NCBI GenBank assembly: GCA_964016885.1
Contig: OZ024740.1
Location: 75,702,001-75,766,000 of the forward strand
DNA: 64,000 nucleotides
Direction: 5' to 3'
Source: Eledone cirrhosa
Lineage: Eukaryota
The notes beneath the pieces were generated by a model that had not been told where the DNA came from, searched no databases, and worked only from the letters and a program-made list of their open reading frames with translations. Within the stretch, counting starts at the first letter, position 1. Each line of letters starts with the position of its first letter. This document shows, piece by piece, positions 37,273 through 50,132 of this stretch. The position numbers and the translations under genes were made by a program.

Positions 37273-37491
37273 TGAGGGCGGTGGATTGGCAGTATCGGTA
37301 GAGAGTTGGACACCATGCTTTGCAGCATAGAGTTACGGCCCTTTGCGGTCTGAGTTCAAATCCCGCCGAGGTTAACTTTGCCTTTCATCCTTAAGGGGTC
37401 GATAAAATAAAGTACCAGTAACGTACTGGGGTTGATTTAATCGACTTTCCCCTCCCCCCAAATTACTGGCCTTGTGCCTATACTAGAAATC
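37273..37491 (+). mobile_element. SINE family B with 16-bp target-site duplication
   Basis: ATTATTATTGTCATTA at 37257-37272 and 37492-37507; the empty site is visible in the other arm near 36250. Confidence 0.92.
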
Positions 37492-37642
37492 ATTATTATT
37501 GTCATTACTATTTTACGCTTCTATCAACTCATCACTGCACCCACCCCCTACTACTATTATTTATATTAACAATTGTTAATACTTTAAATGAATCCTTTTG
37601 TACAGCCGACCACGTTATTCTTCACTCTTTTACTATATATAT

Positions 37643-37928
37643 ATCACATTGCTCCAGTTAACTCAGCTGTAGAAATGAGATGATAGGACTGGGGTCCCTA
37701 TCATTCCACTGCAAAGTGTTCATGGAGGTTCCACAGCAAAAAAGCACCCAGTACTCACTGTAAATGAGGTTGGTGTTAGGAAGGGCATCCAGCTGTAGAA
37801 ATCAAGCCACAATCAGTTCCCGTATGAGCAAGACAAGATCAGCCGACCGGACACTGCCCACACAGGACAACCCGTCTAACCCATGCTAGCATGAAAGAAC
37901 GGACGTAAACTGGTAATGATGATGATGA
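37643..37928 (+). mobile_element. SINE family A, 5'-truncated
   Basis: CORE 3' part plus RTE-type tail. Confidence 0.85.
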
Positions 37929-37935
37929 GGATATA

Positions 37936-38207
37936 TTAAAGAGTGTAAAACACATAGTTACAGATGGAACATATCAACAATTTAGCGGGAACTTTATATA
38001 AATATATATATATACATATAGGAACAAGTATGACCCCGACGGCAGAGCTCAAGCCGTTTCGACGGCTATTTCTGGACAATAGCCGTGGAAACGGCTTGAG
38101 CTCTGCCGTCGGGGTCATACTTGTTCATATTACCCACTCTACTACCCTAAGTATTGAGTACTTTGGTGCGTTATGGTCCATCTGGTTCCTTACCACAATT
38201 CCTTCGT

Positions 38208-38247
<40 letters not shown>

Positions 38248-38290
38248 AAAAGAGTCAGAACCCCAACGGCTGAGCTCTGGCTGTTTCGAC
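37936..38290. repeat. Fold-back element family (as 13853-14048) with ~50-bp arm hairpin
   Basis: GAACAAGTATGACCCCGACGGC...GCCGTCGGGGTCATACTTGTTC; contains GAAAC GGC..GAGCUC..GCC GUC GGGG. Confidence 0.75.
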
Positions 38291-38319
38291 ACACACACAC
38301 ACACACATACATACATACA

Positions 38320-38770
<451 letters not shown>

Positions 38771-38792
38771 ATATATATATATATATATATAT

Positions 38793-40220
38793 ATTGTTAT
38801 ACTTGGGGAGGGTCATATCGTTGTAATAATATTACCAGAATTAATAACAGAATACACTCACTGTTTGGTTGGCTTTCCTTTCTGTATCTTTTATATCAGT
38901 TATTTTTATTTATTCGGTCCTCAATGTTACCATTGACTGACCAACAGTAAAAAATATAATATAATATAGACACAAACGCATATATATAGTCTCACAAAGT
39001 TCTTTCGTTGCACATCTGCAACATCGTCAGTGGTGCTATTATGTTTCCTCCTGTTGTATTGTATATCTACGCCATCTTTATTTAATCTGTTTATTTATTT
39101 ATTTACTTTTGTCTTCTTCTCTGCGCATGCGTTTGCGTGTGTGTATAGTGTTTGGTGTGTGTTCGTGTTTGGGTGACTGTGTTTTGGTTATTGTATTCTA
39201 TCTTAGTTTACTAGTGTGTGTTTATATGTGTATGTTGTTATTGTGCTTGTGTATGGATTTGTTTATCTATACTTCTCTTAGGTCAGTATTGTTTGTTTGG
39301 GTGTTGTTATTCCATTCATTCTTTCTGTTTAGCTTTGGCCTTCTAAGTTCTATTTCGCTGGCCTCTCTGATTTGCCTATCTGCTGGGTCATTTCTATGTT
39401 TAGATATTATTCTAATTTCTATGTTGTCTATGTTACCGTCGTGTTGTTGTCTGGCGTGTTTGTATAGTACTGAACCGTTTTTTCATCCTTTTAGTTCCCC
39501 CCAGTGTTGGTCTATCCTTTCACCTATGCTACGAGCTGTCTCGCCTATGTATGTTGTTGTCATGTTTCTGCAAGCACCCTCTGTACATCTTATGCTATAG
39601 ACTACGTTTCTAGTTTTACAGTTTATCCGGGGGTTTACTTTAGATATAATACATTTTCTATTAGTACAGTGGGTTTTCTTAAAAGGGTAGGTTTTGCTCA
39701 TCAGGGATTTTATGGTTGTTCCTGGCTTTTCTACCACCTTAATCTTTAAGCGGGTCTTTCTCAGGGCCTTTCTACACTGGTTAGCTAATTTCCCTCCGGG
39801 GGTAGCGTCCACGAACATGACACTCTGGTATCTCTGGTTGTCATACTATGAAGTGGCTTTCCCTATCTTATGTTTAGTCCTATCTAAGCTATTCCATGAT
39901 TTGCTCCTATATAATGGGCACATTCCTTTCATTTCCAGTTCTATGAGGGTCTTATACTTCTCCGTGGCTCCTTCGTATACTCTGATTCTGTCTCATTGGT
40001 TGTAGCCAGAGAACTGCATGCGGTTGATGAAGTGTTGGATGTGTTTTTCCATTTCTGTTGGGTCGCACATGTGGGACACGTTCTTCATCACTCGTACCAA
40101 GTCTGCGAATTAATCTGTTATTAATTCTGGCAATATTATTACACAAATATGACCCTCCCCAAGTATAACAATATTTGTTTCAACACACGATTTCATATCA
40201 AAAACCACGCAAAACTAATT
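38793..40220 (-). mobile_element. Nematis-clade-like PLE 3' fragment with inverted terminal segment; hammerhead-like motif at 38993-39035
   Basis: FVDATPGG.L, VVEKPG, NVVYSIRC..YIGETARS..ER, RQIREA..LNRKNEW; 38793-38850 is inverted at 40113-40173. Confidence 0.82.
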
Positions 40221-40623
40221 ATATATATATAGCTGTCGAAACAGCCAGAGCTCAGCCATTGGGGTCCTGACTCTTTTCCTATATATATATTTATATAAAG
40301 TTCTTGCTAAATTTTTGATATGTTCCATCCGTAACTATGTGTCTTTACACTCTACAAATTATCTCCTGTCAATGTTTGATATGTTTATTTTATATATATA
40401 TGTCAATCGACTTTTAGCCTAAATTTTATATATTTATATATATAAATATATAAAATTAATAAATATATATATATATATATAAATTTAAATGTAATTTGAA
40501 TTTTTCGAATATTAATAATAATATTCGATTCGTTTGCAATTATGCAGACAAGCCTCATTTTTAAAGCCATGTTAGTAGAATGAACAACTTCATTCTTGCC
40601 CTTGTATTGGCATGTAAACAGAA

Positions 40624-40667
40624 CTGCAGACACTAATGTTTCTGGGTATCACCCTTCATCAGTACAG
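40624..40667 (-). ncRNA. Minimal type I hammerhead ribozyme, copy 1
   Basis: CUGUA CUGAUGA a GGGU gau ACCC a GAAAC AUUAGU GU C UGCAG. Confidence 0.87.
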
Positions 40668-41060
40668 CTCACTGTTCACCTGCCAACTGTCAGAGCTAGT
40701 GAAAATATATGTTATTTTCTAAAATATACAGTGACTGATTGGCCTGATTTGCATATTAGCAGACTGGCTGGTTAGTCATATCTGCATATTAGCAGATCCA
40801 CTGATCAGCCAGATTTGCATATCAGCAGACTGGCTAGTCAGTTTCCTGTATACGAGCGATAAATGGCCGGCTTTGCCACATTCAAATAAAAAAATTTTTT
40901 TGCTCTACATGGCTGAATACAATAAATGTAATCTGAGTTTTTCGAATATTAATTATAACATTCGATTCGTTTACAATTATGAAAACAAGCCACATTTTTC
41001 AAGCCATGTCAGTAAAATGAACAACTTCATTCTTGCTCTTGTGTTGGCATGTAAACAGAA

Positions 41061-41104
41061 CTGCAGACACTAATGTTTCTGGGTATCACCCTTCATCAGT
41101 ACAG
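41061..41104 (-). ncRNA. Minimal type I hammerhead ribozyme, copy 2 (identical)
   Basis: Same 44-nt sequence, 437 nt from copy 1. Confidence 0.87.
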
Positions 41105-41178
41105 CTCATTGTTCACCTGCCAATTTTTTATTTTTTTTATTTGAATGTGGCAAAGTTGGCCATTTATTGCTCGTATAC

Positions 41179-41579
41179 GGGTTTGAACTTGGACACTGAC
41201 CAAGAAACTCACTCAGATGGTGGATGGGTGCTACACAAGAATGTTGAGGATGGCTCTGAACATTAATCAGTATACACCGAGGATGAAAAACTCAGAGTTA
41301 TATGGAGCCTCCCAAAAGTCAGCTCAAAAGTGACACAGGGGAGACTGAGGTTAGCTGGACATGCTCACCAACATCCAGAGTTGACATTGCACTCAGTGCT
41401 CCTGTGGGAGCCCCTGCATGGACACACTGGAAGAGGTAGACCGAGGTTAACATATGTTGATGCCCTAAGGACAGACACTGGTCTGTTGAAGACGCAGGAC
41501 ATGGCAGCAATAATGAGGGACAGAGACTGCTGGAGAGAACTCGTCCATGGATCTCGGGAATTTTACCCGCCCTAAAAAA
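41179..41579 (+). mobile_element. RTE-group LINE 3' fragment nested in the inverted arm
   Basis: DGCYTRMLRMALNI, RLRLAGH..HPE..LLWEP.HG..GRGRP..TYVD; the flanks rejoin as one inverted repeat. Confidence 0.85.
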
Positions 41580-41687
41580 TACAGGAAACTGACTGGCCAG
41601 TCTGCTGATATGTAAATCTAGCTGATCAGTGGATCTGCTAATATGCAGATCTGAGTGATCAGCCAGTCTGCTAATATGCAAATCAGG

Positions 41688-41738
<51 letters not shown>

Positions 41739-41792
41739 CGTTTCTGAATTTGTTTAGCAAGATTCTTTATCTGAAATCGTGTGTTGAAACCG

Positions 41793-42321
41793 ATATTGTT
41801 ACACTTTGGGAGGGTCATGCTGCCAATAAGAAACACACGCACCAGTTGCTTTCACTTCAATTTAATTTATTAAATATTTATAAATTTACAAATTTATAAA
41901 TTTCTGGTTGGTTGGTTGGTTCCACAACCAGATAGTTGTTTATATATATATAGTCATAGTTCTTTCGTCACACACTCTGTGACCTCTTCAGTGACTGGGG
42001 ATTTCTTTCTTCGTTTCTGTGCCTTTCCTTTCTTCTATCCTACGCCATTTTGTTTGTGTGTCACACAAACAAAATGGCGTAGGATAGAAGAAAGGAAAGG
42101 CACAGAAACGAAGAAAGAAATCCCCAGTCACTGAAGAGGTCACAGAGTGTGTGACGAAAGAACTATGACTATATATATATAAACAACTATCTGGTTGTGG
42201 AACCAACCAACCAACCAGAAATTTATAAATTTGTAAATTTATAAATATTTAATAAATTAAATTGAAGTGAAAGCAACTGGTGCGTGTGTTTCTTATTGGC
42301 AGCATGACCCTCCCAAAGTGT

Positions 42322-42329
<8 letters not shown>
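41793..42329. repeat. Perfect palindrome, 268-bp arms, 1-nt centre at 42061, derived from a Nematis-like pLTR
   Basis: Arms are reverse complements (near-identical ORFs on both strands in the track); terminus TATTGTTA.ACTT.GGGAGGGTCAT is shared with 38793 and 60735. Confidence 0.97.
42126..42170 (+). ncRNA. Minimal type I hammerhead (mirror at 41952-41996, minus strand)
   Basis: AGUCA CUGAAGA g GUCACA gagug UGUGAC GAAAG AA CU A UGACU. Confidence 0.78.
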
Positions 42330-42372
<43 letters not shown>

Positions 42373-42375
<3 letters not shown>

Positions 42376-43080
42376 TCATCATCATCGTAATCGTTTAACG
42401 TCTATCTTCCACGCTAGCGTGGGTTAGACCGGGAGTTGTCCCACTTGAGGCAAGATTTGTCAGGTGACCGTGTCTCGCTTGTATAGGACTATCTGGCAGG
42501 TTTTCTATTGCTGGATGCCCTTCCTAACACCAACCACATTTACAGTGTGGACTGGGAGCTTTTTACCGTGTTACCTACATGACCACATTACAGCGTGGAC
42601 TGTTTGTTTTTTTGTCATGAAACCTACACAACCTCATTTGTTTGGACTGGATGTTGTGGTACCAATATAACTTTATAGAGAAAGGGTGGTGTTGGCAGGA
42701 GTGGGAGGATGAAGTGGGGTGTATGTTTGGTTTGAAGGGGCCTACTGATTGTAGGTTAACTTTGCACGTAGGAAAGGCAGGTCTTCTGTGTTACTGCGTG
42801 GCACCAAAGATCTCGATCTAGTGACATTGTCTTAGAGAGGTGGAAGTGTGCAAGGTCGGACTTTATCATGTCGTCCCAGGTTTTTCTGAGTCTACCTACG
42901 TCTACCTACTCTGTAACTTCCATCAATTTTGATCGCCCTGCACTTTTTTTATACAGTCTTTCATGCGCATCACCTGACCATACCAACGTAATCTTCTCTC
43001 AAGTAAACAGCATCTGATCCCTTTTATTCCTAATTTCTCACTTAGTTCATATATGTTTGGTCGTTCGTGTATATTACTAT
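42373..43080 (-). mobile_element. RTE LINE 3' fragment
   Basis: Reverse complement of ~16565-17277. Confidence 0.9.
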
Positions 43081-43289
43081 TATAGACCCTGATCCTATAA
43101 GGTGAAGGTCAGGTTTGGGGTAATTACCGCATGTAAAAAATTTATAATTAGAAAGTAGGAAATATTTAGACTTTTGTTTAAATTTTTCAAAAGTATACCT
43201 ACTTTTAAAAAAATATGTTGATTATGAAGCACAGAAATAAATTGGTAAGTAGTCTTATTTTTATTATACATTTTTCATTATGTATTTTT

Positions 43290-43730
43290 ATTATGCTGTC
43301 ATTCTTCTGCTAAAGGAATACAAAAACACGATATTGGAATTTCACAGATTTGTGATCAAGGAAGAAAATGCAGAAACTTTGAACTATGTCATTTTGCAAA
43401 TATGGACGAGGTGCCACTAACAGTTAATGTTCCTTCGAACAGGACTGTGGATGTTAAAGGTACCAAAACCAACTTTAGAACGACTGGTCATGAAAAAAGA
43501 CACAACACTGTTGTATTATTGTCTTGTGCAGATGGCACAAAACTGCTGCCACTTTAAATATTTTTATTCCATCAGGAGTTGTTATTCATGTCCACTCCAA
43601 GGGGTGGATGGAGGAAAATGGCATTAAGTTATGGTTAGATAAAGTATGGTCACAGCACCATGATGCTTTATTCAAAAGATCATCACTTCCTTTTTAGGAC
43701 CAATTTCATGCACATATGGCTGAGAATACA
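43290..43730 (+). pseudogene. pogo-family (DDE_1) transposase fragment
   Basis: Manual translation: ANMDEVPLTVNVPSNRTVDVKG, TTGHEK, SCADGTKL, KGWMEENGIKLWLDKVW, DQFHAH; frameshifted. Confidence 0.85.
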
Positions 43731-44326
43731 GATGTATGTGCATGAAATTGGTCATGATGTCACAGGTGTGTGATAAAAGAACTTTGATAGACTATATATA
43801 TATATTTATTTATTTATATCTAAGTTTTTAACTGTTGGTCAATCAATGATAAACATTGATCGCCAGCTAAATTAACTATAGTGATATAAAATATATGGAA
43901 GCGAAAACCAACCCAAACCAAACAGTTTGTTTCATCACACAATTTCATATCAAAAACCTTGCAAAACAAATTAATTACCGTCCTGTTGATGAAGTGGCAG
44001 CCTTGTTTGATCATTATACCAAAAGCTTAATATGGAAGCAGCCAGTATAATTGATTTAGGTGTCGCAGAAACCTTTCACTGGATTATACCATCAATTCCA
44101 AGGGTCCAGGTAAATTCTTTCGTTTGACCTGTTTAGCTTGGTTCGTTTTTTTGGCTTCGGTGGACGATGGCTCCATGACCACCGTTTTCAGTTTGTTTGG
44201 CCTCTATAACCTATGTTTATTGCTCTGGTTTCTTTTAGTCCATTGAGTGCTTGCTGCATATCTCGAAAATTGCGTTTCGCTTTGTTTTTGACCACTGCTG
44301 AAATTCGATCTCGCTGAAATTATATT

Positions 44327-44359
<33 letters not shown>

Positions 44360-44381
44360 TATAAATACATGTATATAATGT

Positions 44382-44703
44382 GCAGGAAAGGAATAGGTAG
44401 AAATTCCATTCTTTGTCCCAAATGCAAACTATGAGTACATAAAAGATGTAGTGGGATCACAGGCAGGCTATCAAAGAATGTAGGTTTTTATATGTGGTCA
44501 ATGCTCAGGTACAGTAAGTAGCAAGTGCCCACTGGATACTAGCTCCTTCCGTCAACTGCCCAGATAGTTCTACAGAAATAGTAGATACTTTCCGTTACCT
44601 GGGTGACAAAATCAGCAGTGGAGGAGGATGTTCTGAAAGTACAGTAGCCAGAGTCAGAACGGGATGGAAAAAGTTCAGAAAGCTAATAACGCTGTTGGCC
44701 ACA
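44382..44703 (+). mobile_element. RTE internal fragment (PHD region)
   Basis: Homologous to 16100-16415. Confidence 0.85.
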
Positions 44704-44847
44704 TCTATGATATTAATAAATGGAAACTATATTTATAAAACCATATTTATTCTATTATATATATTACAAGTGTACCAAAACTTTGGTACGCTCTCATCAG
44801 ATAAAATACAAAGTTTGTTTTATAAATATTGACATATCCAGGAAGGA

Positions 44848-44896
44848 GATCTTAACGGTTCAAGTTTTTCCAGGAAAAACTTGAACCGTTAAGATC
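44848..44896. repeat. Perfect hairpin, 24-bp arms
   Basis: GATCTTAACGGTTCAAGTTTTTCC-A-GGAAAAACTTGAACCGTTAAGATC. Confidence 0.95.
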
Positions 44897-45696
44897 CAGG
44901 AAAAACATTGTAAGAATCTGTGATTCTCTTCAGGGGAGTATTCTTTGGTACAAGAGGATATATTGATCATAAAATATACGGACTGTTTTATTGTCGAAAC
45001 GGCATGCTATCCAAATAAGTTGTATTGTTGAGCTACTAAATGAACAAATCTCTCTTAAGATATCAGGACTATTCTACAGACTTATAATGACGCTAGAAAT
45101 AGCAGCCAAAAAGAACGTCTGAAACATCTCAACAAATTAAGGAAATTTTACAATTAAAATTTGATTTTTTGCTGGCTCTTATAAATATGGATATTACAAA
45201 TTTTTGTTGTTCTTTTTGTCATTCCATAATAAATTTTATTTGTTTACACAGCCTTGAGCTATAACAAATTACCTTTAATAATTGCCCCCAGGAAAATAGT
45301 TTCTTCATTCTCTTATGTGTGAATATTGTATGGATGATGTGAAAGGTCAACATCTTGAAATATATCAGAACAAACAGCTCTAAAAAATATGAGAAATATT
45401 TATTATGATATTAAATCATTTTAATAGAAATTGTTTGAGTGTAATATAAACAATTTCTAATATGAAAAATGTATTATTAAAGTTGTAATTTCTATCTTGG
45501 CCATCACTCACAATTGTGTATGACTTGTTAACAGAAAATGTACCCTCCCTTTATTCCTGTTTTAAGTGCCTAATTAGTCTAGTCATGAGCACACACCTCA
45601 AAGATTGCAATCTTCATCCAGTGGAACATAAAAGACTTGGCAAGGTTTGTAAAAAGGCAACTGTCATTCACATTGCTAGAGGAGGTCTATCACAGA

Positions 45697-45762
<66 letters not shown>
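45697..45762. repeat. (CT)n microsatellite
   Basis: Directly visible. Confidence 0.98.
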
Positions 45763-45766
<4 letters not shown>

Positions 45767-45774
45767 GTATATAT

Positions 45775-47570
45775 AGACCATTAGAACCAAGTCCAACCTG
45801 TCCCAGTGGGAGAACGGCGACTCCGTCATTAAGTGGTTTAACTCCTTCAACTCCAAAAATGCGAAGTTCATGCAATTTGACATTGTAGATTTTCACCCGT
45901 CGATCTCAGAGACCCTGTTAAACAAAGCATTGGACTTGCTACCACTTACACTACCGTCCATGTTTTAGACAGGGAGATCATCGCACACCGCTGGAAAACC
46001 CTCCTTCAACAACGGAGTAGCCTGGGCAAAGAATTCAACCACCTCAGAACTATTCGATGTCTCCATGGGATCGTTTGACAATGCTGACGTTTGCGACTTC
46101 ATTGGCTTATTTATTTTAGACATATTACGTGTTAGATTCCCGGACTTCCCCACGGGAATATACTGCGACGATTGCCTGACCTTATCGAGCCATAAAAGTG
46201 TTCACGACCTGGACCAGTTTAAAAAAGACTTAACTTCTACCGTTAATGAGTTAGGACTTAGGATAACAGTAGCTACCAACCTCTCTAGCGTAGATTTCTT
46301 AGACATTAATTTAGACCTTTGCGCACATACCTTCAGACCCTTCCATAAGCTAAATGAAAAACTTAATTACATACACAAGGACTCATGCCACCTTCCTACT
46401 GTTTTTAGAAACTTCGTAAATAATATCAGTACTAGAATCTCTAACCTAATAAGGCTATCTTTGACAGAGCGGCACCCTACTATAACACGGCGTTAGCTAA
46501 CAGGGGCTTCTCGCAACCAATTACTCCCCCCACACAGACACACACTAACAACAACAGCAATAAGAAAAGAAATCGTAACAATAGACAAACTATCTGGTTT
46601 TCTCCTCCTTTCTCACTCAACGTTAAAACTAATGTAGGAAAACATTTTTTAGCCCTCTTAGATAGACACTTTCCCATAGGTCACAAATACCACTCCATCT
46701 TTAACAGACACAGAGTAAAACTAGGGTACTCCTGGACTAAGAATATGAAGGCCCACATCACCAACAGTCCTAAGAGCGGCACCCCACCAGGATGCTCTTG
46801 CCGAAAGCCTGAAGCTTGTCCCCTTCAACAGCAATGCAACACACCCGCTGTAGTTTAAGAAGCTGTGGTCACTTCCAAATGACCAAATCAACCACAGGAG
46901 GTCAAATCCTATGTGGGTATGGCGGAGGGCCGTTATAAGGAACGCTTCCTGAACCATCAGTCGACCATTAGGTACCTGGACAAACGATCATCCATGAAAC
47001 TCGCGAGCCACGTATGGTCCCTCAAGGACTCAGGTATAGACTATTCCATTCAGTGGAAAACCATCACTAAGTCCAAACCAATCCGTCTTGTGGACTGTAT
47101 ATTGAAGAAAGGATAAATATTCTAATGAGATTATGGTCTAACGATTGCCTAAATTCAAGAAATTAAATCTTCTCACGTTGTCCACATGTCTGGAAACACC
47201 TCTGGCATAACTGTAAAGCTCCGGAATTGAATAACAACAACATTCTAATTTTTTAATCAACTCGAACATCCTTTCCTTGTGTGCCCAACAGACATATGTC
47301 TGCTGGGCACACAAGCAATAGGACGTGTGTTTTTTCCTGCCAGCGACATATCAAACATATCGGTTTTTCATCTGAGGATACCGTTCTCATAATCAAAAGG
47401 AAATGTATGAAGGGCATCTTGATTGCATGGAGAACCGTGGAAATAATTATGATTAAACGATATATGTAACCTCAGCATCTTATTTTGTTATTTTATAAAA
47501 TTCTCCATCGTAACTAAAAAGTACGGTTGTTGAGAGCTTTCTCCTGTTTTTACCAAAACAACCTTTTCTG
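45775..47570 (+). mobile_element. Hydra-clade-like PLE, 5'-truncated RT + GIY-YIG + pLTR with degenerate hammerhead (47365-47458)
   Basis: QFDIVDFHPSISE, FDVSMGSFD.ADVCD, YCDD, DFLDINLDL, WFSPPFS.NVKTNVG, YVGMAEGRYKERF.NH. Confidence 0.88.
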
Positions 47571-47621
<51 letters not shown>

Positions 47622-47648
47622 TGCACCACTGTCTTTGATCCTACTTAC

Positions 47649-47699
<51 letters not shown>

Positions 47700-47704
<5 letters not shown>

Positions 47705-48197
47705 CAAGGGAAAGCAAAAAATTTTAAATAAATTTCAAAAAATTCACTGTACTTACTATATGTGCCTTTACCGCGGTTTCAGATCCCAAAACAAATAGAT
47801 AATCCAACCGGATTTCCATTCAGAAAGAGATCCTCGTCAGAAGTCCCCAACGGTAGAGTAACCTTTGGTTATTTGAATGGCTGCTATTTCTAGAAGTGGG
47901 AGATTGACCTGTCCACCTTGCTTTCAGTCTTTGCACACGGTACTAGACAAAATTGTTTCATCATTCATTTGTTGGGGCAGTTTTGTAAGGCACCAGTTTG
48001 TATTTTGAACTTTGGTATCTTATATTCTCCGAGAGGGAAAAGCCTTCTGACAAGGATCTCTTTCTCAATGGAAATCCGCTTGGATTATCTATTTGTTTTG
48101 GGATCTGAAACCGTGGTAAAGGCACATATAGTAAGTACAGTGAATTTTTTGAAATTTATTTAAACATTATTTCTTTATTTGCTTTCCCTTGATTTTA
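47700..48197. repeat. Inverted repeat (~145-bp arms) of a hammerhead-bearing pLTR-like sequence
   Basis: 47700-47845 vs 48042-48197. Confidence 0.88.
47764..47845 (-). ncRNA. Type I hammerhead (mutated mirror at 48042-48123, plus strand)
   Basis: CUU CUGACGA GGAUCUC...GGGAUCU GAAAC CGCG GU A AAG. Confidence 0.75.
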
Positions 48198-48307
48198 TGT
48201 TCTGGCTTGTTAATTTATTAACTTACCATTGAACCACACTTGCCTACGGTCGGACTACACTTGTATCCCTATGTGTATTATTTACATGTAGGAACACATA
48301 CTTTTAT

Positions 48308-48378
<71 letters not shown>

Positions 48379-49100
48379 GTATATATATATGTATATATAT
48401 ATATGTATATATATATGTATATATATATATGTATATATATATGTATATATATATGTATATATATATGTATGTATATATATATGTATGTATATGTATATAT
48501 ATGTATGTATATATATATGTATGTATATGTATATATATGTATATGTATATATATGTATATATATATATGTATGTATATGTATATGTATGTATATGTATAT
48601 ATATATATATATATGTATGTATATATATATGTATGTATATGTATGTATATGTATATATATATATATATATATGTATGTATATGTATGTATACATACATAT
48701 ATACATACATATATACATATATATACATATATATATATATACATACATATACATACATATACATACATATATATATATATATACATATACATACATATAT
48801 ATGTATATGTATGTATATGTATATATATATATATATATGTATGTATATATATATGTATGTATATGTATGTATATGTATATATATATATATATATGTATGT
48901 ATATGTATGTATACATACATATATACATACATATATACATACATATACATACATATATATATACATACATATATACATACATATATACATATATATACAT
49001 ATATATATATATACATACATATACATACATATACATACATATATATATATATATACATATACATACATATATATGTATATATGTATATATGTATGTATAT
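48308..49100. repeat. TA/TATG/TACA compound microsatellite
   Basis: Directly visible. Confidence 0.98.
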
Positions 49101-49104
49101 TTGT

Positions 49105-49713
49105 GTCAGGTCACCAGTTGGTGCTACTGGTAACATGTATCCCAGTACAACCTGTCTCATGGTTGGGTCGTTGGCGACTAAACTGGCAACCCCACCAAGG
49201 TTTCTTGGTGAGGAGGGTGACTTTGGACATCCTGCAGGACTAAAAACAAAACCTGTCAAAGGGCAAAGGAGCTCTTAAGAGTCAATGGCCATCCAAAATC
49301 ACCGGGAGAGATGACCCCTTAGCCTTTGTCAAGGCAGAATTCTAGGAGAAGGAAAACTCTGATATAACACCTGCAACCCTGATGGTATCCAATGATGTTG
49401 ACTTGTTCTTCTTTTTGGTAAATATCATCTTGGTTAAGAGAGTGGGACTGGCTTTGTGCAGTGCCTTTGCTCACTATAAAAGCTTCACGGCACAGGCATT
49501 GCTTTATATCTGGAGATCTCTCTGCACTTGTCGTCACATGGTACCATGGGCCCAGCACTATGTGTCAATAATTGTCACAGGTGTAGTGTTTGTACCAGAG
49601 TTTTCAAGTCACTGGCTGGACTAAAAAGTCACACTTGTTCAGGGCATCGGTAGGGGTTCTCCTACATGGATATAAAGTAGCGGCCGTACTCGAAAACGAG
49701 TTGGCAGCCACCA
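49105..49713 (+). mobile_element. ~600-bp non-autonomous RTE-derived element, copy 2
   Basis: Near-identical to 5436-6036. Confidence 0.65.
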
Positions 49714-49869
49714 TGTATGTATATAAATGTATATATATATGTATGTATATGTATATGTATGTATATATATATGTATATATATATATGTATATATATATAT
49801 ATGTATGTATATATGTATGTATATATATATGTATATATATATATGTATGTATATGTATGTATATATATG

Positions 49870-49903
<34 letters not shown>

Positions 49904-50132
49904 TATGTATATATATGTATGTATATATATATATGTATATATATGTATGTATATATATATATGTATATATATGTATGTATATATATATATGTATGTATAT
50001 GTATGTATATATATATATGTATATATATGTATGTATATATATATATGTATGTATATGTATGTATATATATATATGTATGTATATGTATGTATGTATATAT
50101 GTATATGTATGTATGTATATGTATGTATATAT
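49714..50132. repeat. TA/TATG microsatellite
   Basis: Directly visible. Confidence 0.98.

Larger units (their letters stand above)
35925..37635 (-). mobile_element. Hydra-clade-like PLE 3' fragment (GIY-YIG + pLTR) with inverted pLTR copy
   Basis: Manual translation of ~36760-37170: CPLRNRCLESSMVYLC..YYIDST..LANKIWQLKD..CELCNME. 35925-36316 is inverted at 37203-37635. Confidence 0.82.
40488..41690 (-). mobile_element. Non-coding tandem hammerhead element (437-nt monomer) plus inverted copy, retrozyme-like
   Basis: 40488-40685 is repeated at ~40925-41122; inverted segments at 41122-41178 and 41580-41690. Confidence 0.75.
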
